Positions 46,296 to 55,821 are shown, counted from the first letter of the stretch. The stretch: 64,000 nucleotides of DNA from Myxococcota bacterium (GCA_036337945.1 JAYZDF010000104.1:15401-79400); one strand, 5' to 3'. Program-made: numbers and translations. The notes: a model not told the origin generated them from the sequence alone.

Positions 46296-47807
46296 CTACC
46301 AAAGCTCAGTAAGAAGGTCGGAGGCAATTAAAGCGGAACTTCCAAGTTCCGCCGCTACCCTGTCACCCGCTCGGGCATGGACAAATGAACCGGCCCGAGC
46401 AGCAATCGAAGCAGGCAACCCCTGAGCAAGTAGCCCAGCAATAATGCCCAACAATACATCACCGGTTCCCGCCGTTGCTAAACCAGGATTGCCGGCAACG
46501 ATGATACCTACCTCACCATCCGGATCCGCAATCACTGTCGAAGCGCCCTTCAATACAATCGTACAGCCCCAATCGTGGGCTGCTCGACGAGCAACCTCGA
46601 TACGATTAGACTGAATAGAAAAAGTATCAAGTCTCGTCAAATGACGCATCTCACCAGGATGAGGTGTAAGAACGGTTGGGTACTTTCTTGAACTAAGCCA
46701 TTCGGGCTCAGGCGAAAGAGCCATCAATGCACCCGCGTCCAGTACAACAGGTAAATTGGCATTCGGCAAAACTTCTTCGAGCAATTTTGACAATGCATTA
46801 TCCGGAATCAAGGAGGGCCCCATCGCCAATGCGGTCGCGTTCTGAAGAGAAGCCTGCACTTCGCGCGCTTCAATCTTATGTGTGCCAAGCGAAGCGCCCA
46901 TGAGTGTTTCAAGCGATGGAGCTAGCCTTCGGATGGTTTCTTCACAGCTTCCTAAGGTGACCAGGCCCGTTCCCGCACGAAGCCCCGCCCTGCCCGCCAA
47001 TAAAGCGGCACCAGGAGATGAAGGGGTCCCAGCGACCATCAAAAGATGACCGTATGTCCCCTTGTGACTGTTAGCGACACGTTCTGGGATCGCCCACTGT
47101 AAATAATCTTCGTCAACGATCGTTGCAGCTGGCTCTACATCTTGGAAGAGCTCGTACGGAATACCAATGTCGACAACTTCAACTTCTCCTGAACACTGCC
47201 GACCAGGGAAGAGAACGTGTCCACACTTTGCGGCACCTAAGGCAACCGTTGTCGTTGCTTCAAAAGCCTCACCGTGAATTTGGCCGGTGTCTGCATCAAT
47301 ACCGCTGGGTAAATCGATCGCGACAACGGGAAGTTCACGCGCATTGATGGACTGAATGAGCAAGGCGATGTCACCTTCGATCGGACGCTTTAGGCCAGTC
47401 CCAAAAATTCCATCAACGACGACATCACAACATTCAAGCACATCCTCGATTTCCGCGGCGGATGGGCTATCAAACAAAGAAATAATCTCAACATTGAGCT
47501 TTTGCAAAATGCTGAGCTGTCTTAAGAAATCGTTAGAACCGCGAGTTGGGTCTCGAACCAAAACGGCCGCGGCTTCAAAGCCGGCGTTTACGAGATGACG
47601 GGTCGCAACTAAAGCGTCACCCCCATTATTTCCATTTGCGGCAAAGAGAAGGATTCTTGGGGCCTCAAGGCCAAAATCATCGATCAATGCTTCTACCTGA
47701 TTAGAGACCGCAACTCCGGCGGTCTCCATCAGGACCAAACTTGGGATACCAATTTCGTCAATGGTGCGCTGATCCAGCGCCCTCATCTGCGAAGCAGTAA
47801 GTAGCAC
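46296..47807 (-). CDS. nnr: bifunctional NAD(P)H-hydrate epimerase / ADP-dependent dehydratase
   Basis: 503 aa. The N-terminal YjeF_N domain has MRALDQRTIDEIGIPSLVLMETAG and GNNGGD. The C-terminal carbohydrate-kinase-like domain has GTGDVLLGIIAG. Confidence 0.9.
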   Translation of the reverse strand: MLLTASQMRALDQRTIDEIGIPSLVLMETAGVAVSNQVEALIDDFGLEAPRILLFAANGNNGGDALVATRHLVNAGFEAAAVLVRDPTRGSNDFLRQLSILQKLNVEIISLFDSPSAAEIEDVLECCDVVVDGIFGTGLKRPIEGDIALLIQSINARELPVVAIDLPSGIDADTGQIHGEAFEATTTVALGAAKCGHVLFPGRQCSGEVEVVDIGIPYELFQDVEPAATIVDEDYLQWAIPERVANSHKGTYGHLLMVAGTPSSPGAALLAGRAGLRAGTGLVTLGSCEETIRRLAPSLETLMGASLGTHKIEAREVQASLQNATALAMGPSLIPDNALSKLLEEVLPNANLPVVLDAGALMALSPEPEWLSSRKYPTVLTPHPGEMRHLTRLDTFSIQSNRIEVARRAAHDWGCTIVLKGASTVIADPDGEVGIIVAGNPGLATAGTGDVLLGIIAGLLAQGLPASIAARAGSFVHARAGDRVAAELGSSALIASDLLTELW

Positions 47808-47825
47808 GTGTCTCGGTGAGCCGGA

Positions 47826-48743
47826 CTACTTCCCGGCGTATATATCCATGATGTCGGTGAGAAGCTTCAGTCCTTCATCACGAGGACGTTGAAAGCAGTT
47901 ACGACCAATGATTGACCCAAAACCGCCGCCGGCGTGTATCCCGCGAACGTCGTCCAATACCGCGTCAATACCCTTCGAAGCACCACCAGAAAAGATAATA
48001 ATCCGTCGCCCGTTGAAGCAGGCCTGACATACGTGTCGAATTCGTTCCTCGAGGGTCTCAACTGGAATTTCTTCTGACTCGTAGACCTTACGAGCTTCAG
48101 CCTGTTCAAGGAACGCGGTAGGTGGCTTCACTTTGATGACATGAGCACCAAGTTCGGCAGCAATATGAGCGGCGTAGGCTACGACGTCGATACCTGTCTC
48201 ACCCTCTTTTGAAAGGCCTTCACCACGAGGGTACGCCCACAAAACAGTGGGAAGTCCGACATTTTTCGCCTCACTGATCAATTCACGCAGATATTCATAC
48301 ATCGTGTTGCGCTGAGCAGAACCAGGGTAGATTGTGTAACCGATCGCGGAGCATCCAAGACGAAGCGCATCATCAATTGAACCGGTAAGCGCAGAGCAAG
48401 GGTCAGCACTTTTGTATAAAGAGTCCGAGTTATTGAGCTTCAAAATCAGCGGAATGCGACCTGCGTAATCAGCCGCGATTGCTTCCAAAAAGCCAAGCGG
48501 TGCAGCATAGGCGTTGCAACCTGAATCTACGGCGAGTTGAACGTGATAGAACGGATCATAACCATCAGGGTTCTTTCCAAAAGACCGCGCGGGGCCATGT
48601 TCGAAGCCTTGATCGACGGGCAAGATAACCATCTTACCTGTGCCGGCCAATCGGCCAGTGTTTAGCATTCGATAAAGATTTCCTCGGACACCCGGGTTAT
48701 CTGATGCGTACCAACTTAGTATTTCGTTAATTCTGTCTGACAT
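47826..48743 (-). CDS. fbaB: class I fructose-bisphosphate aldolase (FbaB/DhnA type)
   Basis: LYRMLNTGRLAGTGKMVILPVDQGFEHGP...RIPLILKLN...TVLWAYPRG aligns closely with E. coli FbaB as remembered. I prefer the ATG at 48743 (purine-rich stretch upstream) to the track's start at 48776. Confidence 0.85.
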   Translation of the reverse strand: MSDRINEILSWYASDNPGVRGNLYRMLNTGRLAGTGKMVILPVDQGFEHGPARSFGKNPDGYDPFYHVQLAVDSGCNAYAAPLGFLEAIAADYAGRIPLILKLNNSDSLYKSADPCSALTGSIDDALRLGCSAIGYTIYPGSAQRNTMYEYLRELISEAKNVGLPTVLWAYPRGEGLSKEGETGIDVVAYAAHIAAELGAHVIKVKPPTAFLEQAEARKVYESEEIPVETLEERIRHVCQACFNGRRIIIFSGGASKGIDAVLDDVRGIHAGGGFGSIIGRNCFQRPRDEGLKLLTDIMDIYAGK

Positions 48744-48808
48744 TTGTTTCTCTCTTTTTCTGTGAAGATTTTTCAACGCGAAAATCGTTTTTCAAGTGAG
48801 CTTCGCGT

Positions 48809-49216
48809 TTAGTTCTTTTTCGATTTTGCTCCATCTCCGCTCATCTGACAGGTGCCGTCGAAACGAACACCCCGCTCAATCGTGAGGTTCGGAGAGTTGA
48901 TATTTCCGCGAACTCGTGCCGGCGCTTTGATTTCAACCGATTCTTTCGCAGTAATATTTCCTTCTACGAATCCATGAATAACTATCGAGCCTACTTTCAG
49001 TTCTGCTCTGACCTGCGCCGTGGGTCCGACCAATAGAATATCGTTGGTCAGAATTTCTCCCTCAAAGTTACCGTCAATGCGAACCGCACCTTCGAAAGTT
49101 AGCTTTCCTTCAAATTTTGCTTCCTGACCAAGGATGGTGTGCGTATCCACCGCTTCTGTTCGAGTTGGTCGCTGTGATGCGTTTTGTCCGTCTTCCCGAC
49201 GCCCCATAATAGCCAT
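48809..49216 (-). CDS. bactofilin
   Basis: It has the typical beta-helical repeat LTFEGAVRIDGNFEGEILTNDILLVGPTAQVRAELKVGSIVIHGFVEGNITAKESVEI. It lies 6 nt downstream of parB. Confidence 0.85.
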   Translation of the reverse strand: MAIMGRREDGQNASQRPTRTEAVDTHTILGQEAKFEGKLTFEGAVRIDGNFEGEILTNDILLVGPTAQVRAELKVGSIVIHGFVEGNITAKESVEIKAPARVRGNINSPNLTIERGVRFDGTCQMSGDGAKSKKN

Positions 49217-49222
49217 AATTAC

Positions 49223-50125
49223 TTACCCCTTCAGTTGTTCGATGAGCCTGTTTAATTCGTCGTAACTCGAAAAATCAATTTCGATGGTTCCTTTTCTTCC
49301 CTGTTTTACTGCCAAACGAACCTTTGTCCCAAGAGCGCTGACCAACGCTTGTGTCTCGCGTTTGACAGCCTCGGCACCACCCGGAAAGGCAGCGTACGGG
49401 TCGACCTGAGGCTTCGGGCTCGTGTTTTTCTTGAGTTGCCTCACATAAGCCTCAGCTTGTCGCGCAGAAAAACCTCTTCTCACAACTTCCTGAGCCGCTT
49501 TAGTCATGTCTTCTTCAGTAGAAAGAGAAAGTAAACATCGAGCGTGACCCATGCCAAGTGCGCCCTCTGCAACCATGGTTCGCACGCGTTCGGGCAGCTT
49601 CAGTAAACGCAGGACATTGGCAATGGAAGACCGTTCTTTACCAACGGCCTCGGCGAGTTGTTCCTGAGTAAGGTTTTTCTCATCGACAATTTGCTTGTAT
49701 GCTTCGGCTTCTTCAATTGGATTTAGGTCTTCGCGTTGAATATTTTCAATGAGAGCGAGGACGAAAACATCTTCGGTCGCGACATTTTTTACGACCACTT
49801 CGACATTCTTTAGACCTGCAAGCTGACTTGCTCGCCAACGCCGCTCGCCTGCAATGATCTCATATTGATTGCCGTCTATCTTCCGAGTGACAATCGGCTG
49901 CATAAGACCATGCTCAGAAATACTAGCTGCGAGTTCTTTCAGCTGTTTTTCGGCAAACTTCTTTCGAGGTTGTTGACGATTCGGAACTATATCTTCGATC
50001 GCAATTTTCAAAACACCGCCATTTGGATCGCGTGCTGGCCGTGAAGAAGAGGGAGCCGGAGCGCTGTTTCCAAAAAGAACGTTCATGCCCTTTCCGAGTC
50101 TTTTTTTTGGTGGTGGCGGTGTCAT
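49223..50125 (-). CDS. parB: chromosome partitioning protein ParB
   Basis: KKRLGKGMNVLFG N-terminus, CTP-binding box IIAGERRWRASQLAGL, and LIENIQREDLNPIEEA. I chose the ATG at 50125. Confidence 0.9.
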   Translation of the reverse strand: MTPPPPKKRLGKGMNVLFGNSAPAPSSSRPARDPNGGVLKIAIEDIVPNRQQPRKKFAEKQLKELAASISEHGLMQPIVTRKIDGNQYEIIAGERRWRASQLAGLKNVEVVVKNVATEDVFVLALIENIQREDLNPIEEAEAYKQIVDEKNLTQEQLAEAVGKERSSIANVLRLLKLPERVRTMVAEGALGMGHARCLLSLSTEEDMTKAAQEVVRRGFSARQAEAYVRQLKKNTSPKPQVDPYAAFPGGAEAVKRETQALVSALGTKVRLAVKQGRKGTIEIDFSSYDELNRLIEQLKG

Positions 50126-50248
50126 AAGAACGCAAGCACTTAGCACCGAATCGGCGGCTAAAGGTCAAGGATTTCGCGTGATAAACACGAAGATTCCGTC
50201 ATAAACCCGGTGATTTCGGTCAGCAACTATGGGTTTCGTGACTAGGAG

Positions 50249-51025
50249 CTAGTTATCTAGCACGAGGCGCTTGCGGCAATTGGCGCAAAACTGAATTCCC
50301 CGCTTATCGGTATCTTGGACGGACGTCGATTGAAACATCACGCAACGGTTGTTGGGGCAATGCGCCAAGCCCTTTATGAGGCCCATTTGATGAATTAATT
50401 CTGATACAAACCGGCGACGCAGAACTTCTTGTCGAGTCGTCACGCTACCAAGCGTTGACCGCATTCGGTTCAAACTTATGATCGCAGAACGGGTACTGCG
50501 GTCAGCTTCTCCGAAGACAAAGGGTACTTCTGGTACAAATAGATCTAAGTCTGTAATACCAACGGCTGCAGACCAACTATCAAGTCGAGCGCTTTCCACG
50601 CGTTTCAAAATAGCGGCGGAATGGTATTGCTCTCGTGTAGGATTGAAAGCGTACTTAGGAACAGGAAGAGGCGTTCCTACCTCGATCGTTCGAGCAAAAA
50701 CTTGTTCAACGGGACCCTTCACAAGTTGAAGCACTTCTTCGTCTAGTTCACCAACTGGAACCAAAACAATGGGTGCACTCATTCCTAGAGCTTCGCTGCT
50801 GCCAGGTGCTGGGTCTGCGAGGTCTGGGTGAATAGGTAACTCAGCGCTGTCACCGGCGGGCATAAAGCTTGAGCTATCGAAACGTCTTTTGGGTGATTGT
50901 TCCTTATGATTCATCGATTGCGATTCAGACCCTGGCAAACCGCTCCAAGGAAGGCAACAGGAAAACACTGAAGGGCCGAAATCTTTGTACTTTTGTGCGT
51001 TGATGTATGCCTCATAAATTCGCAA
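50249..51025 (-). CDS. archaemetzincin-like (peptidase M54-like) protein with altered zinc motif
   Basis: SELIHQMGLIKGLAHCPNNRCVMFQSTSVQDTDKRGIQFCANCRKRL follows HExxHxxG...HC....CxM...(17)...CxxC, but the first His is Ser and a few residues are inserted. The start is uncertain: candidate Met codons are at 50914, 50863 and 50782, and the homologous core begins near 50782. Confidence 0.45.
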   Translation of the reverse strand: MRIYEAYINAQKYKDFGPSVFSCCLPWSGLPGSESQSMNHKEQSPKRRFDSSSFMPAGDSAELPIHPDLADPAPGSSEALGMSAPIVLVPVGELDEEVLQLVKGPVEQVFARTIEVGTPLPVPKYAFNPTREQYHSAAILKRVESARLDSWSAAVGITDLDLFVPEVPFVFGEADRSTRSAIISLNRMRSTLGSVTTRQEVLRRRFVSELIHQMGLIKGLAHCPNNRCVMFQSTSVQDTDKRGIQFCANCRKRLVLDN

Positions 51026-51069
51026 ATTTGTCCGTTTGCGCCTAGGGTTAAGAGCAGAAGACGGTTTTT

Positions 51070-51915
51070 ATGTTAGGCGGGTACAATCACAACATCCGAT
51101 ACCGTGACCGGGTATATCACGTTCAGACGGAGGATCTTGGTCTCCAAGCAGCTCGAATTCGCACCCATATTTTCTTCAACGGAGCCGTCGTTGCAGAAAC
51201 GCAACAAACCTACGCAGAGCTCCTACATCAACCAATGCCGCCCCAACAGCGTGAAACATACATTCGAGGTCGAATGCAGGCATTGCATAAGGATGCGATG
51301 AAGAAGCTGACCGAAGGAAAGCTTGATGCGTTAATATTTCGCCTGCCGCAACCCTCTCATATGTCGCCCACGCAGCAACACGATCGACCTCCACCGAATC
51401 CTGCAAAGAACCCAATACCTCCTCGGGGTATGCAACGACCAACGGCTGCGCCAAGCAATGTGCCTGGTCACTCTCATATTCAGAATGCCGCAAGGTCTGT
51501 AGGACCGCAGAACCACCCTGCTCAATCTCATCCACAAAATTCTGCGAGACCTCAACAGTATCAGGCGGGAAGCAACATCCCAACCGAGGGGCCTCTTGAA
51601 ACCACACCTAGTCAGCAGTCCCCTTCATCTGTTTCGTCGATTCCACCTGTTTCAGTCAAAGCGGAGAAGAAGTTAGAGCCCCCTGAGGACATTCCAGGAC
51701 GAGCAAAACGACTCTTTCCGAAGAAGGACAAGAAAACAGAATCTATGTCGGCGGAAGAGCGAATGATTCAAGCGAGGATTTCGCGCAGTGAGTCCAGCAT
51801 TGTAAAAAACCGCAAATCTCAAATTTCAGACGAGGTGAAAGAGGCGGATGACCGTGAGAGGTCAGCACGAGCGTCCCGTTCACGAAACACAGTACGGCCT
51901 TATAAGGTAGATTGA
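51070..51915 (+). CDS. hypothetical protein with a structured N-terminal domain and a Pro/Gln/Ser-rich tail
   Basis: 281-aa ORF. The N-terminus is GGYNHNIRYRDRVYHVQTEDLG...IFFNGAVVAE. The remainder is low in complexity (P, Q, S, basic residues). Confidence 0.5.
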   Translation: MLGGYNHNIRYRDRVYHVQTEDLGLQAARIRTHIFFNGAVVAETQQTYAELLHQPMPPQQRETYIRGRMQALHKDAMKKLTEGKLDALIFRLPQPSHMSPTQQHDRPPPNPAKNPIPPRGMQRPTAAPSNVPGHSHIQNAARSVGPQNHPAQSHPQNSARPQQYQAGSNIPTEGPLETTPSQQSPSSVSSIPPVSVKAEKKLEPPEDIPGRAKRLFPKKDKKTESMSAEERMIQARISRSESSIVKNRKSQISDEVKEADDRERSARASRSRNTVRPYKVD

Positions 51916-51930
51916 GATGCGTAGATAACG

Positions 51931-51952
51931 AGGTCCTACATGGCACGGACCT
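51931..51952. terminator. hairpin AGGTCC-(10 nt)-GGACCT between two convergent genes
   Basis: Seen directly in the sequence between the stops at 51915 (+) and 51968 (-). It has no clean U-tract on either side, so a terminator function is only suggested. Confidence 0.25.
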
Positions 51953-51967
51953 TTAGAAGCGAAAAAA

Positions 51968-52411
51968 TTAGGAGGCGATTCCGTCTTGGTTGAAGTAACG
52001 GACCATTTCGCGATCAACTCCGAAGATTTTTTGAATCGCAGCCTTGCCGACGATGACATGTCGGTGCGGGTCACCACTTTCAACAATGGCGATTCGACCC
52101 GAACGTAGACCGTGAGCAATTTCTTTGGTCAGGTACATTCTTCGAACTTTTCGAGAACGGTCTTCAAAGTGGAACTCTTCGGTACCGCGAATATCCCCAC
52201 GAATTCGGTGTTCTTCAATGGCCTTCAGCGCTGGGGCTAGCTTTGGATCGGAAGCATGACTCTGCCCCGCTGAGGCTCCTCTTGAAGAAGTCTTACTTCT
52301 TCGCGCTTTTTGTCCATTCTGTACTTTCTTTTTTTCTAAATTTTCGATTTGAGTTGTCTGAGCCTCTGTAACAAGACCAGCGCTGAGAAGTTTTTCTCGG
52401 AGATTGTGCAT
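51968..52411 (-). CDS. DUF2058 (YaiL-like) protein
   Basis: MHNLREKLLSAGLVTEAQ..., a basic K/R-rich linker and the C-terminal fold resemble E. coli YaiL (MAKLTLQEQLLKAGLV...). The start was set by codon arithmetic to Met28 of the track ORF. Confidence 0.55.
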   Translation of the reverse strand: MHNLREKLLSAGLVTEAQTTQIENLEKKKVQNGQKARRSKTSSRGASAGQSHASDPKLAPALKAIEEHRIRGDIRGTEEFHFEDRSRKVRRMYLTKEIAHGLRSGRIAIVESGDPHRHVIVGKAAIQKIFGVDREMVRYFNQDGIAS

Positions 52412-52442
52412 CGGCTCGCCTGATAGAGGGAAAGGTAAGATA

Positions 52443-53132
52443 ATGCAAGAGACAAGTGATCGAACTTCAATAAATTGGCTGAGAAATATCATTATTGGGG
52501 ATGAAGGACTTCGCGAGCTTGATGAATATGCACGGCAAAATCTTAGTTCAGACCCTGGTCATGATTATGCACATGCGCTTCGCGTTGCACTCTGCGCCCT
52601 AGAAATCGCAGATGGCGTTAGCGACGCACGGTCCATCATCGCAGCCGCACTCCTTCATGATATAGTGAATCCCCCAAAAAATTCACCGCTGAGAAAAAGG
52701 GCAAGTGAACTCAGCGCCGAGAGAGCCATGGAACTTCTTCCCAATTTTGGATTCGACAAGGTGAGGGTAGAAAATATCGCGGCAGCGATCAGGGACCACA
52801 GCTACAGCCGAGGTGCGATTCCTGATTCATTGCTAGGTCAAATACTACAAGATGCAGATCGATTGGAAGCATTAGGCGCGGTCGGTATCATGAGATGCGT
52901 TGCCACGGGCGTCCAAATGGGAGGTGAGTTGTTTCACTCGACGGACCCCTGGGCACGAGATCGAGAACTCGACGAGCAAAAGTTTGCGGTCGACCACTTC
53001 TTTACAAAACTTTTCAAACTCCCAAACACGATGCAAACGAAGAAGGGACGAGATGAGGCACTTCGGCGCGTTGGAGTGATGCAGAGATTTTTAGACGATC
53101 TTGGGCAAGAACTCGGACATCGCCGCGTATAA
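52443..53132 (+). CDS. HD-domain phosphohydrolase
   Basis: The H...HD...D pattern is present: GHDYAHALRV, ALLHDIVN and LQDADRLEALG. I prefer the ATG at 52443 (MQETSD) to the TTG at 52404. Confidence 0.7.
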   Translation: MQETSDRTSINWLRNIIIGDEGLRELDEYARQNLSSDPGHDYAHALRVALCALEIADGVSDARSIIAAALLHDIVNPPKNSPLRKRASELSAERAMELLPNFGFDKVRVENIAAAIRDHSYSRGAIPDSLLGQILQDADRLEALGAVGIMRCVATGVQMGGELFHSTDPWARDRELDEQKFAVDHFFTKLFKLPNTMQTKKGRDEALRRVGVMQRFLDDLGQELGHRRV

Positions 53133-53204
53133 ACCCCTAACACTTGGAAAGATAGCGGCTTCCTACTGGACAGCTCAAGTCACTTCCACTAGCCCAGGGC
53201 AGCG

Positions 53205-54686
53205 ATGAAAGCCCGGTTCTACCCATCTAAACCTTCTCTGGCCGGTACAAAAAGCCGACTCTTTTCTCCTCTGCTCACCCTCCTAGCTCTCGCTTGTGGA
53301 ATGGACCCTTCTGCCGGACCACCCATCATTGCGCCGAGCGCCCAAAAAGACGCGGCAATCGAAGCTGATGCTGCTTTCATCGATCTTGATAGCGGGACCA
53401 TAGAAATAGATAGCGGCCTCATAAGCTTCGACGCGGGCCTCGTTCCTGATGCGGGTCTCCCAGCCAGACCAGACACAGGTGCTCCATTGCCGAGGGACGC
53501 TGGCTCTTCGGAGTTTGCCGATGCAGAACCAATCGATACTGGAATTGCAACAAATCCAGATGCTACAGTCCCAGATGCGCTCGTAGCAATGGACGCGATG
53601 CCAAATCTTGACCCTGATGCCGGATTCGAGACAGACGCAGGAACTCCAGATTCGGGCGCCGCTTCAGATGCAAGCGTAACGATTGACGCGGGGCTGAACA
53701 TGCCACCGGTTGGTGACCCGTTTGATCCTGCAGCTCGGGCTGTGGAAATCGCAAACGCAGAGTGTGCCTTTCAAAATCGTTGTGAGCCTTTTCGTTTCCT
53801 ATATCAGCAAATCACATTGAATGATTGCGTCAACGAAATCACACAAGATTATAGAACATCATTCGACTTATATGCACAAATGATCGCTGCAGGTAATACA
53901 GCCTTCCTACAAGTCGAATTCGATGCTTGCATCACAGCTCTTGGCAATGCAGATTGCGAGCTTGGCCTCGACGCAAATACGTGTAACTTTGTGGTGGGGC
54001 AACGAACACAAAATCAACCATGTGTTTACTCTGTAGAATGCGAACCCGACCAGTATTGTTCAGCCAACGGTCTCGCCGTGTGCGGCCAATGCGAAGCCCG
54101 AGCTCAACTTCAACAGAACTGTTCAAATGCTCCATGTGTAGAGGGCGCTATTTGCGCACAAACCACCGGAGGAAACGCGATTTGTGTTCCAGAGTTTGCA
54201 AACGAGAACACACCATGTGGGGACACACTCTCGGGCTTTTGCCGAGGCCAGCTTCAGTGCCGTGATCCGCAAAGCTTGAACCAGCCCGTATGCGTCCGGC
54301 CAGCACAAGCCGGGCAACTTTGCAGTACCAATTCAAACAACATTCCCGACTGCAATTTCAACGCAAACCAGTTCTGCTTTAACTCAAGTTGTACAACAAT
54401 CAATTGGGTAAACGCTGGAGGAAGCTGTACCGGGCCAAACGGATGCACGAGCAGCAATATTTGCGACCAAAACACCACTACCTGCGTTGCACTTCCTACG
54501 AACAATCAACTCTGTGCACGAAGCACCTGCGCCGCCGGAAACTATTGTGATGGTACGCTTTGCCGAGCAAAACTCAGCGCTGGGGCAACTTGCACGTCAA
54601 ACTTTCAATGTAGTGGGAGCCTTTATTGCACCGGCCCAATTGGTTCACGGACCTGCGGTGACCTGACCTGGCAGATGTGTCCCTAA
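53205..54686 (+). CDS. secreted lipoprotein with an acidic D-A-G-rich spacer and a large Cys-rich C-terminal region
   Basis: The lipobox is LLALAC. About 150 aa are made of DAG/DSG/DAE repeats. The region after that carries many cysteines in C...C.....C modules. Confidence 0.6.
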   Translation: MKARFYPSKPSLAGTKSRLFSPLLTLLALACGMDPSAGPPIIAPSAQKDAAIEADAAFIDLDSGTIEIDSGLISFDAGLVPDAGLPARPDTGAPLPRDAGSSEFADAEPIDTGIATNPDATVPDALVAMDAMPNLDPDAGFETDAGTPDSGAASDASVTIDAGLNMPPVGDPFDPAARAVEIANAECAFQNRCEPFRFLYQQITLNDCVNEITQDYRTSFDLYAQMIAAGNTAFLQVEFDACITALGNADCELGLDANTCNFVVGQRTQNQPCVYSVECEPDQYCSANGLAVCGQCEARAQLQQNCSNAPCVEGAICAQTTGGNAICVPEFANENTPCGDTLSGFCRGQLQCRDPQSLNQPVCVRPAQAGQLCSTNSNNIPDCNFNANQFCFNSSCTTINWVNAGGSCTGPNGCTSSNICDQNTTTCVALPTNNQLCARSTCAAGNYCDGTLCRAKLSAGATCTSNFQCSGSLYCTGPIGSRTCGDLTWQMCP

Positions 54687-54719
54687 CAAAACAGTTTAGA
54701 AATTTAGTGCAAACCTAAG

Positions 54720-55820
54720 TTAGGCCTGAAGAACTGTTTCGAGACGATCGACCATTTCGTTAACGCGCGGGAATCGTCGGCGGGGGTCTTGCTCTAAGGC
54801 TTTGAGAATAATTGGGTCCAGCCTTCGATCAATTGCTTTATTCCGCTCTGAGGGCGCTGCAAATTTTCCAACTGGTAATTCACCCGTAAAAAGTTCGTAA
54901 AGAACAACTCCGTATGAAAAGACGTCTGCTCTTTGATCAACTCTGCCTGCATCCTGGCGTTGTTCAGGCGCCATATAATTGACCGTTCCCATAGAAATAC
55001 GACTGCCCGTTAAATTCACGTATGAGCGGTCGCAGTACAAAATATCTGCGAGACCAAAATCACATATTTTTGCGACTCGTCCGTTTCGCCCTTCGTCAGC
55101 CAAGAGCACATTCTCTGGCTTCAAATCACGATGAACTACACCTTTGGTATGTGCGTAGGCCAATCCCCGACCAATTTGGAGACCGTAGTCAATCGCAAGA
55201 GGCACGGTTATCGATTTACGAGACAGCTCCCGACGTAAGGTTGGTCCATCCACGTATTCCATGACAAAGAACCAGTTAGAACCGATGTTGCCTTGGTCGA
55301 TAATTCCAACCACATTGGTATGTGCAAGTGCAGCCAAGGCCGCCGCTTCTCTTCGAAATCTCAGAATGAATTCGTTCTGAGATACAAGATCACCCGCCAT
55401 AACCTTTACTGCTACGGGTCTATCGAGAGAAACTTGGCGAGCTCTGTAGACTGTCCCCATGGCACCGCGACCAAGAACCTTATCGATTTCACATCCGCCA
55501 AGTTTTGTACCGGGTGATAAATCCTTATCTTGATTGATACGTGCCCTTTGACGACCAGCCGCGCGTTCACGACCACGCGCAGGCGCTGCCCGACCTCGTG
55601 CGGCGACTGCTCCGCCTGCTGCTGGACCTCGTCCCGCAGCTGCTTGTCGTTCGGCACCTTCAGCGCCGGCTCCCGCAAGTGCTGGTTTGTTCGAATCGTC
55701 GCGTTGGACAATAAACTTATTGCCACAGCGTCTACATTTTACCCTCTGTCCACTGACATAGATGCCAACGTCGTATTTTGCGTCACAAACTGGACAATGT
55801 TGAACGACTTGTCCCTTCAA
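54720..55820 (-). CDS. Ser/Thr protein kinase with N-terminal MJ0042-type zinc ribbon
   Basis: The zinc ribbon is CPVCDAKYDV...KCRRCGNKF. Kinase motifs are LGRGAMGTVYRA, VAVKVM, HRDLKPENVLL, DFGLA and YMAPEQ. Its start lies 1 nt after the cyclase stop. Confidence 0.9.
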   Translation of the reverse strand: MKGQVVQHCPVCDAKYDVGIYVSGQRVKCRRCGNKFIVQRDDSNKPALAGAGAEGAERQAAAGRGPAAGGAVAARGRAAPARGRERAAGRQRARINQDKDLSPGTKLGGCEIDKVLGRGAMGTVYRARQVSLDRPVAVKVMAGDLVSQNEFILRFRREAAALAALAHTNVVGIIDQGNIGSNWFFVMEYVDGPTLRRELSRKSITVPLAIDYGLQIGRGLAYAHTKGVVHRDLKPENVLLADEGRNGRVAKICDFGLADILYCDRSYVNLTGSRISMGTVNYMAPEQRQDAGRVDQRADVFSYGVVLYELFTGELPVGKFAAPSERNKAIDRRLDPIILKALEQDPRRRFPRVNEMVDRLETVLQA

Positions 55821-55821
55821 T

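Noticed and set aside
48775-48809. The inverted repeat AACGCGAA-(19 nt)-TTCGCGTT at the bactofilin stop, considered as a terminator
   Set aside because: It has an 8-bp stem but a long loop and no U-tract. It may affect bactofilin/fbaB coupling, but the sequence alone does not support a call.
53219-53701. A 160-aa minus-strand ORF overlapping the start of the 53205..54686 gene
   Set aside because: It mirrors the GAT/GCN repeat region encoding the D-A-G spacer. The plus-strand ORF has a lipoprotein signal and continues for 493 aa.
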